DNA of 64,000 nucleotides from Ruditapes philippinarum (lineage: Eukaryota). Position numbers and translations under genes: made by a program. Where the stretch lies: the NCBI RefSeq assembly GCF_026571515.1, contig NW_026858491.1, positions 1 to 64,000 of the forward strand. The letters are read 5' to 3'. Position 1 is the first letter of the stretch. Each line of letters opens with the position of its first letter. Below, in pieces: positions 13,200 through 26,500 of the stretch. The notes under the pieces were generated by a model. It saw only the letters and a program-made list of their open reading frames with translations, had not been told where the DNA came from and made no database searches.

Positions 13200-14430
13200 C
13201 ATCAATACAAAAGCCTTGAAAATTAAAAATGAAAGTATTTCTGTATAATCCTAAGATTATACCCCAAGACAGCTGCTGTAATCTAAATGCAATAACGGGA
13301 TAAATCCTTCTAAATTTTATACCATAGCAGTGAATCAGTTATTACATTTAGGTGACGACTGCAAGTCATAACCTATAAGAAATGTTAAATAAAAACAACC
13401 AACATTAAGAGAACTTACGTTTGAATCACTTAATAAAGGCTGTATGAGCAAGTGTGTAAAAATCTATTTTTAGCACTGATGACCTTGAACCAACTGACCA
13501 TTAGCTCCATAAAAGTTTATGTTTCTATCAATTATAAATAACATGTCTATAGAATAATGTCAATATACCTGTAAAAATGTAAAAATATATTTTTAACATT
13601 GGTGACCTTGACATTGGTAACATTGACCTTGACCCAAATGACCACTTACTACGCCTAAAGAAGGAGGACCTCCCTTGGTATGTTTGTATTAAACTAAGAC
13701 ATCAACTAAACAATAAAGGCCTTATGAGCAAAAATGTTTATTATTTTTTAAACCAATGACCTTGACCGTGACCCTAGAGACCGCTTTTTCCACAAAAAAA
13801 TAGAGGAACATCAAAGGTATCGACCTACTAAATATTAAAGATATCATTACAAAATTAAGCAATTAGGAGAAATTTAAAAAATAACCGAGAAAGAAAGAGG
13901 AAAATAAGAAACAAGAACGTGTTTGTTAAACACTAATGCCTCCGGCTCAGATTCTTGTCAGTAGCAATATTTCAAAAAATGTTTACCGTTCACTCAGTAA
14001 TGGACAGAAAAAATTGCAAAAAAATTGTAAACACAAATTATATAGCTTGACAAAGTCATGGCATTTTGTAATTGTGAAAAATATAGGTTGCCAAGTCATT
14101 GCTCTGACTTGTGAAGTTGAAAAATATTCAACTTCATGCAAGTTATCTTTATTTTGAGCAGTGGTGAGCAGTGGTGACCTTGACTAAACTGACCCCTAAC
14201 TCTATCCAAAAGAAGAATATCATATGCTATCTTACTAACAAATATGAAATAAATATGTCAATGAATAAAAGCTGTATGGGCAAAAGTGTAAAAATCTATT
14301 TTTAGCACTGGTGAATTTGACCCAACATACCCCTTACTCCATCTAAAGGAAGAATACTATGAAAGTTATCTTTCTACCAAATATGAAATGCATCTGTCAT
14401 TAAATAAATGATGTATGTGCAAAAGTGTAA
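13200..14430 (-). mobile_element. Decayed Helentron-type non-autonomous (HINE-like) elements with internal tandem units
   Basis: Recurring units containing AATAAAGGCTGTATGAGCAA...TTTTAGCACTGGTGACCTTGACC. AACAAG plus the GTGTTT..AAACAC hairpin and ATGCC at 13910-13940 match the reverse-strand 3' end of such elements. Boundaries approximate. Confidence 0.55.
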
Positions 14431-15830
14431 ACATTATACATATGTATCCGTTGCCTGTATTTATTATTTTCATAACATTAATTGTTTTTTTTATGATTGA
14501 ACTATTAGTCCCACATTTTTTCGTATATCTGTTATAACTATCAATCCACGTTTTCAGTAAGAGATCACTTCAATTAAAACCTTTAAGTTTGATTAAAACA
14601 GGCTTTCGTTAATGCGTTTTTGACCTACACAAAATGCACATGCGCGAAATGCAACATCCGTTACTATGGAAAAATCGTATTGTAAAAATGGTCTATTAAG
14701 CTCATTGTTTGATTTTGTTCGGTCACTGTTTTCAAAGATTAATAAAGTTCAACATCGACATTCAATTGTAATTTTAAGAAAACGAAAAAACAGTCGATTT
14801 TTGTCCTATTAATCATTTTTAATGACTTTCTAAGCATGTTGCAATCACTTTACTCCTGTACAGCCTCAGCCCATAGTCATATCTATAAGCAGTTTTGCAA
14901 GTCATTTGATAGATACATTCAGGTATAATCAGTCGTTTTTAAATCAATGTTCATGATAATATTCCTTTCATAATTATATCATTAGCCGACGTTATACATT
15001 CATTTCCGATAATTATAGCATAAAATCGGCTATTTTTCCCTATTTTGCCCATGTTATAACGGGACCAAAACCATGTGTTAACATAGTCACGCGCTCTTGT
15101 TATAGCCCGGTTTCACCTATGCGCAATACATACAGGGCCCAGTAAACAAACAAAAAAATGACGATTTGGCCTGTTTGCCAAAGAGTCATGCGCTCTTGTT
15201 ATATTGAAATTATGGATTCGAGGGCCTCAATCGCATTAAATACGGCGAGCAGCATTCAAGTAACTATGCCGGAAATACGGCGTATATACATCGCTGCTAA
15301 TCTTGGTTGTCGCCCTTTCTAAGAAACGGACAGTTGTCAATGTAAACAAATTACTGGCATTCAGTTTAACCCTCCGATTAACTTACAAAACAGGATAACA
15401 CAAAATGAATATGAGAACATGCTTATGTTGATAAATGCTCTTTATATTTCTTTGAGAGAATAATGTTTAGTGCCTGATTTTTTTTATAAACTTGTGTGCT
15501 TGAAAAAACCCGATTCTGATGACGTCACTGATCTTTTTTCTACCGTCAATCTGAAATCATTCTAAGAATTTCTGAGGGTCATGTTTTGTATTTGGAAGAG
15601 TAATGTAACGTTGTTGTTTTTTTTCCTTGAGATAATATTTCTCCAATGTCAAGCTTTATAATATCAATTAAAATTCAAAATTTCGTTCGGTTCGTTGTTG
15701 GCCCCGGAAAAATAAAACGTATACGTAAAACATGTAGAATTGGATAAATACCGTCCAAGCACAAGGATTTAATGTATTGTGTTTTGTATTAAATATACAT
15801 CATGAATCTGTTTTAAAATTTTATGCTATA

Positions 15831-15977
15831 ATAGCGTCAACGCACGTTTATTTCGTGTTATAAAGTCTGCAGAGTCCCTCAGAACTGTTGGAGCCCTCGC
15901 CCTACCGGGCTCGGGCACCAACCGTTCCTCGGGACTCTGCAGACGTTATAACACGGAAAAACGTGCGTTAACCCTAT
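15831..15977. repeat. Long inverted repeat (hairpin) with GC-rich central stem-loop
   Basis: AACGCACGTTT..CGTGTTATAA.GTCTGCAGAGTCCC pairs with GGGACTCTGCAGAC.TTATAACACG..AAACGTGCGTT; loop CCTCGCCCTACCGGGCTCGGG. Confidence 0.85.
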
Positions 15978-16191
15978 AAAATAGAAAACTTCAAGGCCTA
16001 TCTTTACAATGCTCCGTCAATGATTGCACTTTTTCTTAGACGAATTAGAACTTTTTTTTCTAAAATTTCTAAAATCAAAACAGATAAATTGTGGTTGTCA
16101 ATTCCATTACATTATTTTACGTTTTTTGCGGATAATATTGATAATATTGTGTTAGTTTTATCAAAGATAACAATCCATACTTATTTAAGAA

Positions 16192-16363
16192 ATAATATCG
16201 GTCTTAGCGGTGTTAATCGGCTATTTAACACCGGTACGGAGTTTTGGTGCATAAAAATTGGCCACGAAGGCTGTAGGCCTGAGTGGTTAATTTTTTCGCA
16301 TCAAAACGACAAAACCGGTGTTAAATAGCAATAGCCAATAAACACCGCTCAGACCAATATTAT
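16192..16363. repeat. Long inverted repeat (hairpin) of a second non-autonomous element
   Basis: ATAATATCGGTCTTAGCGGTGTT / AACACCGCTCAGACCAATATTAT, plus a perfect 16-bp pair GCTATTTAACACCGGT / ACCGGTGTTAAATAGC. Confidence 0.85.
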
Positions 16364-17724
16364 ATCGATTGTAACACGATAAAATAAGGAAGATCACTAA
16401 TGTTTTCAAGCGGAAATAACTTCCAGTGCCGATTTTCGTAAAACGCTGTTCGATTTTCGCTCCCTTCTAGCTGTTGCTAAGATATATTTTATCAAGTTTT
16501 CAACAATAAAAACTTATGTATTAGAATGTTTTACATCAGTGCCCAATTTACCATTCTTGTATGTTTGAAATGACGTAAGCGTTTATGAATGAGTTGTATA
16601 CTCAGGATGACGTCATTACGCTGCTTACAGTTTGGCGCCGTTTTGTCAAAATATCTATTAACTGATATGGATGCGAGATATCATTTCTGTATCGTATGAA
16701 AAGGAAAATTATAAGAACTGAAAATACAAATAACTTTTTTATAATGTTGCTTTAGTTTAATGAGTAAACTATATAATCGGGGGAGAAAACATTGCGGCCG
16801 CTATAACAAGTAGTCCCTTACGATTATTGTTTATTGGCAGTTTAACACCGGTGTTTTTCTTCTTTGTCTATATATTGACAGAATCACAAGGAGTGTTTGA
16901 ATTTGATGTATAAGTATAGTACAGAGTTGGCACTTTGAAAGCAAAAAGTACATTGCAATCATGGTTAGAAAAAAAGAAGTGTGTGATGCAGGGTGATAAA
17001 TTATTTTATTATTTCTAACGATTACTAACGATTAGAAATAGTAAACGATTTTAATTATTCATGACTACTTTTAAGTACAATTAAAGGCCTAATGTATCAT
17101 AAAATTTATAACGGGAAAGCCTGTAATATATACTTCAGTGATATTGCCTCCTTGCATTTTCTAATATTTATTTGATTCCTTTATGAGTTATATTCTTAAT
17201 TATTCATGCCCTGAATGGGGAGTTGTATATCAAAATATATTGAACATGTCACGGAGATAAAAGTGTTTGAATATGTTTATCTTCTTTTAACTAAATTTCA
17301 CAAGATACCTTATTATCAAGGCTCCAATTATGCCTCAGATTAATATTCGCCAAGGTCTAATTAGAGTCAAACTTTATTTGGCCTCATTAATATTCACTTT
17401 ATTCTACGTCGATACCAGTCCGCTTTATTTATGGTGGGTTTCAATTTGACCTGATAAATATGCATGATTTTCGTCACTATGCATGAAGTTGCGTTTCAGT
17501 TGGAAATATGGAGGCTGAGTGCGCGGTTCTATGGAGCACTATAAACTAGGAACGGTGTTTGATATAGTAACGACTTTTTTGCTTCTATGAAAATTAACGC
17601 ACATAATTTTAAGAAATACGGCTTTTCTCTTTTGATGACAAATAATGTTGGACAGTAATATGGATGAACACTAATATATACTAAGACACCGTACTATTAT
17701 CTACTTTCACCTTACAATTAACAG

Positions 17725-18257
17725 CCGCTTGAAATATCTCTCAAATGTTGCGGTTCGGACCAGAATATTCGTGTCGATGGGACCCGCCCATTAGGCTGTA
17801 ACGAGGCTTTAGACTTTTATAATAGTAAACTAATAAAACATTTTTCATGGAGTAATTTTGAAAAGGGACACTGTGGACTTGAAAGAAACACAACAACATC
17901 TTGCCTTTTATTGTTTTATGAGGAAGCATAACAAGACGCTTGAGATATTTGTTTCAGCGCACATGGATATTTAGTGAATATTGCCGGCGAAACTGACAAC
18001 CACGATATATCAATGATGTTGACTGAAATGTTCCCTGGAATTGAAGTTCTGGTGTGGATTGGGTTAAATAAAGTGAGTTCAGAAAAAGTCATATGGCCAT
18101 ATATGACACAATTGAGTTTTAATAAATTCGGTAATGGACAGCCTGATACAGCTAGAAATTGTGTTTTCTGACGGGTTCCAATCTTTACAGCTACTACTGG
18201 GTGACGAGAAGCTGCTCAGAAAAATGGACATATCTTTGTGAAAGGCGAAACAAATGA
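17725..18257 (+). pseudogene. C-type lectin domain gene remnant (QPD motif), frameshifted
   Basis: Exon from 17958 (TTTCAG acceptor) reads HGYLVNI...VWIGLN...W...FNKFGNGQPD..RNCVF, then after a 1-nt shift TGSNLYSYYWVTRSCSEKWTYLCERRNK*. A probable degenerate upstream exon at 17725-17824 reads ..PLGCNEALDFYN. Confidence 0.8.
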
Positions 18258-19642
18258 TGGAATTTTGGCAAGAAAATAATGTTTAATGTTTTCGTAAAGA
18301 GTTGGTAAAGGGAAATGTTTTCTTTGTACCAATGTACCAGCCTCGATTAATCGAGATAATATGAAATTAAATTAAAACCCTTAATTAGACTTCCTCGATA
18401 ACTTTGGTATAAAATATCAAGACTAAGAAGATGGAACTGCTTAAACCGCCGTTGCTAAGGTCAAGAAAGATGCTAGGCTGTCATTTATGTCACTATTGTG
18501 ATACAAATACCATTATTTCCAAATACATTTATATTATGATACGGATTAAAATATATTTGAAGTATTAGGTTTATGTTATCTACATGACGTATTTCAAGAA
18601 TAGTCTGAAAAGGCTAAACGTATTCAAGAAAGATTTCCTTTAACTTGTGAAACAGGATAAAATAAAACTTAATCATCAAAACTAGTACAGGCTAGAATTA
18701 GCTTTTTGATAGGTTACATTTCTTTTGTACATCATTTAAAATAGTAATTATAACCATATTATATTCAAAATTAACGTGTGTCTGAAACTAACTCTCTTAC
18801 ATCAATCGTGTCCCATGATTGGAAACAAGAACACTACATTTAACTAATTTGATAAAGATGAAAGCTCGTGTTTGCCTATTGTGGAGTAAAATTGAACAAG
18901 TCTCGCGTGAAACTAAATAGGATGTTTACTGTTAATTTTTTCACACAAAATAAACACAAAGCTAAACTCTCCCAATATATAGTTTCATATAAAGACAATC
19001 CCCTTCTTGGTAATTTTCAATATATAAGTTTGTTGCTGGTGTTACAAATGAGAATCGGCAAAGCTAAACCATGGAACCGTATGCCTAGTAGAACGTATTA
19101 ATAAATCACGGAGACAGATGTATATACACCATAACACAGTGTTAGAACAGTCATTAATTGAGGTCGTATCTAAAATCAAAGATTTTTAGCCAAGCTTAAA
19201 CCTTGGAATTCACAAAATGCTTCCTTTATAAAGTTAAATTATGTTTTTAAAGTGGAAAAAAGTACAAATAATAAGAGACAAATCGTAGATTTGCATATAT
19301 CTTGTATATATATAAACTTTAGAAAATATTTTCTTTCAATTGTGTTGCTTATATTTTTTTTCCATCCCTTTTAGAGTTTCTATTTCATAATACATATTCT
19401 AACAAAATTGCGATGCCATCCTGATTATAACAATTACGGATATTTTCACCCAAATAAAAACCAGGAAGTTAACTGTTAAGTTTTGCCGTAAATTGGTACT
19501 AAATCCTTATTATTTGCATGAACGATAAATAACCCACTTGGTCCAAGGACATTTCTGTAAATATCTATCGGAATTTACCTATAACGTTCAATTTGTAAAA
19601 TGAGTGGGGCAGTCTTTTTAGATTTATATTTTATACTTAACA

Positions 19643-21437
19643 TTTTTCTGCCCCCACCATAAAATGGCTGGGGCATATAGTGTTACCTTGTTCCGTACTT
19701 CCATCCTTTCGTCATTCCATTCTTCCTTCATTCCGTCATCATCAGTTTCCGTTCATTATCTTAGTAACCGTTGCACACATTCAACTAAAATTTGACATAT
19801 GGATATATCATAGGAAAATACAGGTCAAGGTCAAATTTGGTCACTTTCCGATGATTTTTGACAGAGTTTTGCCCCTTGATGAAATTTTCAGTTTCTGTTC
19901 ATTATCTCCCCAACAGTATTACACATTTAACTCAAATTTGACAAGGAATGCGTAGGTCAAGTTTGAATTTGTTCATGGTTCAATGATTTTTGGCAGAGTT
20001 ATGCCCCTTTATTTTCGAAAATAATGTGAAATTTTCAGTTTCCGTTCATTATCTGCCTTACAGTAGATCACATTCAACTCAAATTTAAGATATGGATATT
20101 TCGAAGAAATGCACAGGCCAAGTTTGAATTTGGTCATTGTTTGATAGTTTTTGGCGGAGTTATGCCCCTTTCACTTTGAAAATAATATGAAATTTTCAGT
20201 TTCCGTTCATTATCACCCGAGTGGTATTACACATTGAACTCAATTTGGCATATGAATATGTCACAGAAATGCGCAGATCAAGTTCGAATTTGGTGATGGT
20301 TCGATGATTTTTAGAAGGAAAATGCCCCTTTAACTTTGGGGAAAAAAGCAATTCATTATCTCCCTAACCGTTGAACATATTTAACTCAAATTTAACATAT
20401 GGATATGTCATAAGAATACACTTGTCAGTTCGAATTTGGTGATGGTTTGATAAAAGCTGACAGAGTGATCCCTCTTGAACTTTGCTGCAAAAAGTCAGAA
20501 ATTTTTAGTTCCCGTTCATTATCTTACCAACAGTACTACACATTCAACTCAAATTTGACATATAGATACATCAAAGGAATGCCTAGGTCAAGTTTGAATT
20601 TGGTCACGGTTCAATGATTTTTGGCAGAGTTATGCCCCTTTCACTTTGAGAATAATGTGAGATTTTCAGTTTCCGTTCATTATCACCCCAACTGTAGTAC
20701 ACATTCAACTCAAATTTAAGGTATGGATATATCGAAGAAATGCGCAGGTCAAGTTCGAATTTGGTTATGGTTTGATGAGTTTTGGCATAGAAATGCCCCT
20801 TTAACTTTGAAAAAGAAAAGCAAATTTACAATTTCCGTTCATTATCTCCCTAACAGTTAAACTCATTTCACTCAAATTTAAGATATGTATATGTCATAAG
20901 AATACAATTGTCAAGTTCGAATTTGATGATGGTTTGATAATAGCTGACAGAGTTATCCCTCTTGAACTTTGCTGCAAAAAGTCAGAAAATTTTAGTTTCC
21001 GTTCATTATGTCCCCAATGGTTGTACACATTTAACTCAAAATTGACAGATAGATGAATCTTAGGAATACGCAGTTCAATTTTTAATTTGGTCATGGGTCA
21101 ATGATTCTGGACAAAGTTATCTCCCTTGAATATTGGAAATAAATTGAATTTTCAGTGTCAGCACTCATACTTTTTTGGAAATGTATGTAGTCATTATTTT
21201 GGAATATTTGAAATTTACAAAAGGTTAACACTGAATAGTGTCAGTGCGTTAAACTTTGTATAAACAAAATAAAAATGGTTTATGTAAACATTGAATAGTT
21301 TTAAGGGCTTTGTTTTGAACTTAAAATGAAATAAAAATGGAAAGAAAAAAATCAAAACAAATTTAGAACCTTATACTATAACATCTGAAATGTGGGTGCA
21401 TGCGGGGCATCCGTGGCGTGACGATGCATTTCTAGTT
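19643..21437 (+). mobile_element. Helentron-associated non-autonomous element (HINE/DINE-1-like) with ~160-bp internal tandem array
   Basis: The 5' end has a T-run and a TGCCCC..GGGGCA inverted pair, followed by a (TTCC/CCGT)-like microsatellite at ~19690-19740. About 9 tandem units follow, each starting TTCCGTTCATTATC. The 3' end is GGGGCATCCGT..ACGATGC hairpin + CTAGTT. Confidence 0.8.
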
Positions 21438-23501
21438 CAATATCAACTGCTGGTCAATCACAATTCTAACACTCAATCTTTTGAAATATATAGTCAATTC
21501 AGCTAAACATGACAATAAAAAAATAGCAAACGCTTTAACAGTTAAGCGTGTCAAGTTCTTGAATAACATTGCGATGTTTTTATTCTATATTGCATAAGAA
21601 TGTTAAATTCCAAAGTTTTCTAGCACTATCTAGCAAACAGACATATTTGATACATTTCCGGTTTCAGCAATGCCAAAAAAATTTTTTCTTTCTTTTTAAC
21701 ATTATTTATGTATCTCTCAGATCCCTTATGGAAGAAAAAAGTGTTTGACTTTAATTATATCAATGTTGGAGGTATTTATAATTATGTCAATAATTGCGTA
21801 ATAATGTCAAATTTAATTGCAATATGGTACCAGCTATTTTCAAAATTTAATAAAATTAAAATGTTAGAATGTAAAAGTAAAGTGTGGTGATGTCAACGTC
21901 AGAGTGTTAACTGACGCACTTACATTTTCAACGTCATGATGTACGGCATAAAACGTGTTGTTAACGTTCTATCGTTTACAATTCTACATGTTATACATTT
22001 CTGAATACTGTTGGTGATACACAACTAAATACACTTTGGATAATAAGCACCCTGCTACCAGCTTCCATTATGTCAAATTGAGATAATTAAAACGTTTAAT
22101 GCCAGTGAAGTATGTAACTCCCAGGCGGTTTGGTCTGCTAGGCTGTATTCCATGAAGCAAGATCCGAACTTGGTTTTTTGTTAAGAACTACTAGAAATGC
22201 CTTTCACCATGGGTTTGGTCACCTATATTTTATTCCCTTAGGCTAAAACCGGGATTGGTTTTTAACATATAATTAATCTAGTTCCAAATAAAAACATGGG
22301 TAACATATATTATGTTAAGGGACATAAGAACCTAACATATTTTTGGTTTTTTAGATTGTTGAAAAATAAACTATTTTCATAGGAGGTCATTGGTTTAGAA
22401 AATTAATAAAGAAAAGGATAATTTTTATTTTCCTTCTTCTTGTTTTTTTTGACTACCTACCGAATAGTAACTTTAAAGGAAAATAGGATAAATTGTAAGT
22501 AAATTTGTATTTTTTTTTTGATAATTATTTTATTTCATTTGTACTAAAAAAAGTTTACAGTTTATTTGTTTTAAAAGGGAGTGTCAAGAATCATGTTCAT
22601 ATAAAATTATATTTGATAGAGAAAAACAAAAAATGTAATTATAGCAAAAACAAATTTTACACAAAATCTTATTTATCAAACAATTTAAATTTCAAATATT
22701 GTATGATATTCCTACAAGTACATTAATTGTAATTTATATTGAAAACAAGGAATAAAATCATTTTTAAAGATTAAAACTTCCTTTAAGCTAAAAATAATTA
22801 AATGGTATACATAATCATAAGAAACGTTTTGTGAAAGGATTACAATTTTATTACTGCTAAATGAAAATTTTATAGTTGATCTATCTAGGACTTTATAAAT
22901 GCATATCTTGTTTTCAAACTTCTGATTCTAAACACTCAATTTCTTTTTCTTTGAACATGAAAGTTCTAGACATAAAAAGTAAACTGCTAATAAAATAAGA
23001 CCGTGAAGAAATATTAGGCTGTTTTCGTTGCCATTTATGATGCTAATTCCATCATTTAAAATGTGTTTGTAACTTAAATGGTTAAAAAAATTAATTTGAA
23101 AATAAACATGACTTTTCATCACATACCAGTGCCACTTTTGCAACTCAGTAAAAAGCGGTACAGCACGGTCGTGCAGTACCGCTTGACATGACGCCATTTG
23201 CATCATACTCATACAAACATTGCGCAAAGACGCGCCGAATGTAAGCGTTGCACTATAAGTACATAACATGAATGTTTGACAATTAATTCATTTTACCGTT
23301 TACTTTAAATTTTGGAATACATATATTCATCTTAAAAATTTATATTCGTGTGGCTTCATTTCTAAATTTATTGCACTCGCCAGTGACCTGCATAATGTAG
23401 TTTAATTTAACTCGTTTAACTAAGCTGATACTGATTCCATATCTTCTGTATACAGAGAGTTCAGATAGAAATGGTTTAGAGTTCTTGAAATAAAACCGAT
23501 T

Positions 23502-26500
23502 ATGCTTATACTAGGTAGGTCTCATTTCTATATCTTTACATGAATTACATTTTCAAACGTACCTATAAAATTCACTAAAGAACTTTATTTTGAAAATGTG
23601 GTTCATCTCACACAGAGAAAAAAAAAATGATTTGCCAAAATAAACAGGGTTGCATTCAAATAATTCACTCTGTTGAACATATTATATCGCCTTCAAAAGA
23701 ACAAACAAAGGCAGGTTGTTGACACAAATGAAACGTTTGAATGATGGTTTAAAAACATTATTGTACTTAACTTACAAAGAGGATACTTTTTTAATTTATC
23801 TGAAATAACATATGTAAACATATTGTTAGACCTCGTTTAACTATACAGGTGTTTTATTGTTGTTTGGTTTATCTGCGATCAGAGGGACAGGTACGTTAAT
23901 CTTTACTATCTAATGCCGAAGTTCATTTATTTTTCAGATAATCACAAAAGTTGTGTGAACAGTAGTTTTAAAAGTACTCTGAGACGTCAAAAACTAAACT
24001 TTGAAAATATCAATAAACATTTGATTATTCCTCTTACAAATACATTATATATTCGTTATTATTTAATCATTGTAAACAAGATTATCTTCAATAGTAATTA
24101 TTTTTGCAAGGTCAATCAGACGCATGATCAAAGCATGGAACTTTCTAGTTTTCTTCAATACAAGGTCAAAAATAATTTAAAATGTCCGTCTGTTACATCA
24201 CCAATACATGTAATCAAATTGATAATTTTGTAAATAAATTATAAAATATTTTATTTCAATTAAAACCTTATTTGTTTTGGTTTTAGATTCCTTGGAGTGT
24301 TACAGTTGTTCTGATGCTCTAAGTTTTAACGAATGTAAATCAGTGGAAACATGCGAGACAGGACAGGTAAGAATCAATCCATGACAAAAATGTGAAAAGT
24401 TAGAACAATAATTTTATATTCAATGCATTCAACTCTCATATAACCATTGTTTTCTATTGATAAAAAGTGGTACCCATTATATCTATTTTATCTTTTTAAA
24501 GGTTTGTTTAAAAAAAAGAGAATATGACAACCAGGTTCAGTATACAATGGGATGCATTGACAAAGAGGTAAATTAAAGAATGTTTTACTTGAGACATTTA
24601 TAGAAAAAAATATCCACTTGCATAAAATGTCTCAATGTCATAATAATACATTTTTCAAATTGTTTTAAATGTGAATCTTACAAAAATATATTAAGGCATT
24701 GGCATTGTTTACTTCGTTAAAGCCACATTAACATTCTTTATAATGATTACTAACTTTTAGCAATGTCCTTTTCCACATTTGTTGCAGGCAGGATTCACGT
24801 CAAAATTCAACTGCAAAAATGAACGCTGATAAGACAAGTTATTGTTACGAATGTTGCTCGAGGGATAAATGTAACGAACATCTCTGCATTCATCTTCCAC
24901 GTAAGGGGCTTTATTTTGCATACACATATCGTGGCCGTATGTTATTGACAAACTATTAAATTATGATCAATTGATAAGAAAAATATGGTTTAGATGTGGC
25001 AGATACATGAACAAAATAAGACAACATACTTCTTTACAAATTTTTACCTGACATAGACTGAATTTCTTATAAAATAAACAGTTTTGGGAGATATTGACAT
25101 TTTTTATAAATATTTAAGTACTTCATCGTTTATGATAACGCCGTGATTTTTTTGATGCGCACAAATTAGATAAATAGTCATTAATAAAAATGCATTTTCA
25201 TATTATTTGTCTCACACCACACCTTGCATTATGCTGCACCATTAACAAGAAATTATCTTTTCATGCTTTTACTTATTGAAGAACATATATTTTTCATGTA
25301 CATTTAAGCTGACATACGATCTCGACATTTCCTTTCTTCATTTTATTTGTATTGTAGCCATATTATTTTTTCTACTTACTTGTTTTAGACTCCCTTTGTC
25401 AAGATGACAAGTCGGTGGATTGTGCTAAATTGGACTCAATGTTTAATATTTGTGAGGTTTCGAGTCATGCAAAGAAAATATGTCAAAGATATTGTAATTT
25501 ATGCGATCTGGGTTTGTAAACTATATCAAAATCTTTAAAAGTAATTTTCTTAAAACGTTTATCTGATGAACAACCAAAGAATTACTGTAATGTAATGACA
25601 CGTTTTGCTTTAGTGTAAATGGTAACTTTTAGTGGTCAAATTAAAATAAAAATAAAAATTTCTAAAATGCGATCGATTTGGCACGATATTTCATGCAGTT
25701 GATGGTAACTGGTCACCATTGACATCATGTGACGTAACTTGTGGATCAGGATCATTGTTACGACATCGAACATGTACTAACCCAGCACCACAAAATCGAG
25801 GTCTTGATTGTGCGGGCAAAGGAACTGATCAACAAATTTGTCATCTGAAGTTATGTCCAGGTAGTATGACACATGTGGCAATTAATAATACTAACTATTT
25901 CTCATTGTTCTCAACACATTTGCTTGAAATAAATAAAAGTCAGTAAACTTCTATCGTCAATTAAAGATTCAATATGCATTTAACACTGGTTACTCTGAAT
26001 GATGGTAAATTGAAAAAAAATAATGGTACAACAATTGAAATTTATATTCAACGATGTTATTGCAATGTTACAGTACATGGTGGCTGGACTTTATGGGGTA
26101 TTTGGGGAAAATGTTCGGCATCATGTGGTGAAGGAATGAGGAGACGCACACGTTCATGTACCAATCCACGTCCAGAACGTTTCGGTGACCATTGTTTTGG
26201 TGATAGTTCAGAGGATGAACTGTGTAATACTAGATCTTGTGCAAGTAAAATGAATATGTGATACATTTGTAACCAATTGAAATCTCTTCTAATGCGTATT
26301 TTCAACCTTACTATGGTATGTTTCTTGTATGTTAATAATGCCTTTACTGGTATTATACAAATCTTGTTCAGGAAGAAATGATCAAAGCAAACTGTATAGT
26401 AATAACTGGCTATATAACGGTTGCAACCTTAGTTACAGAAACATGAAATAATGTAAAAGGAAATTTTGATTAAACAATATATTTAAGCACGATTGCAAAA

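Noticed and set aside
19745-21150. Regularly spaced repeats as a CRISPR array
   Set aside because: Whole ~160-bp monomers are homologous with no unique spacers, the context is eukaryotic and there are no cas genes.
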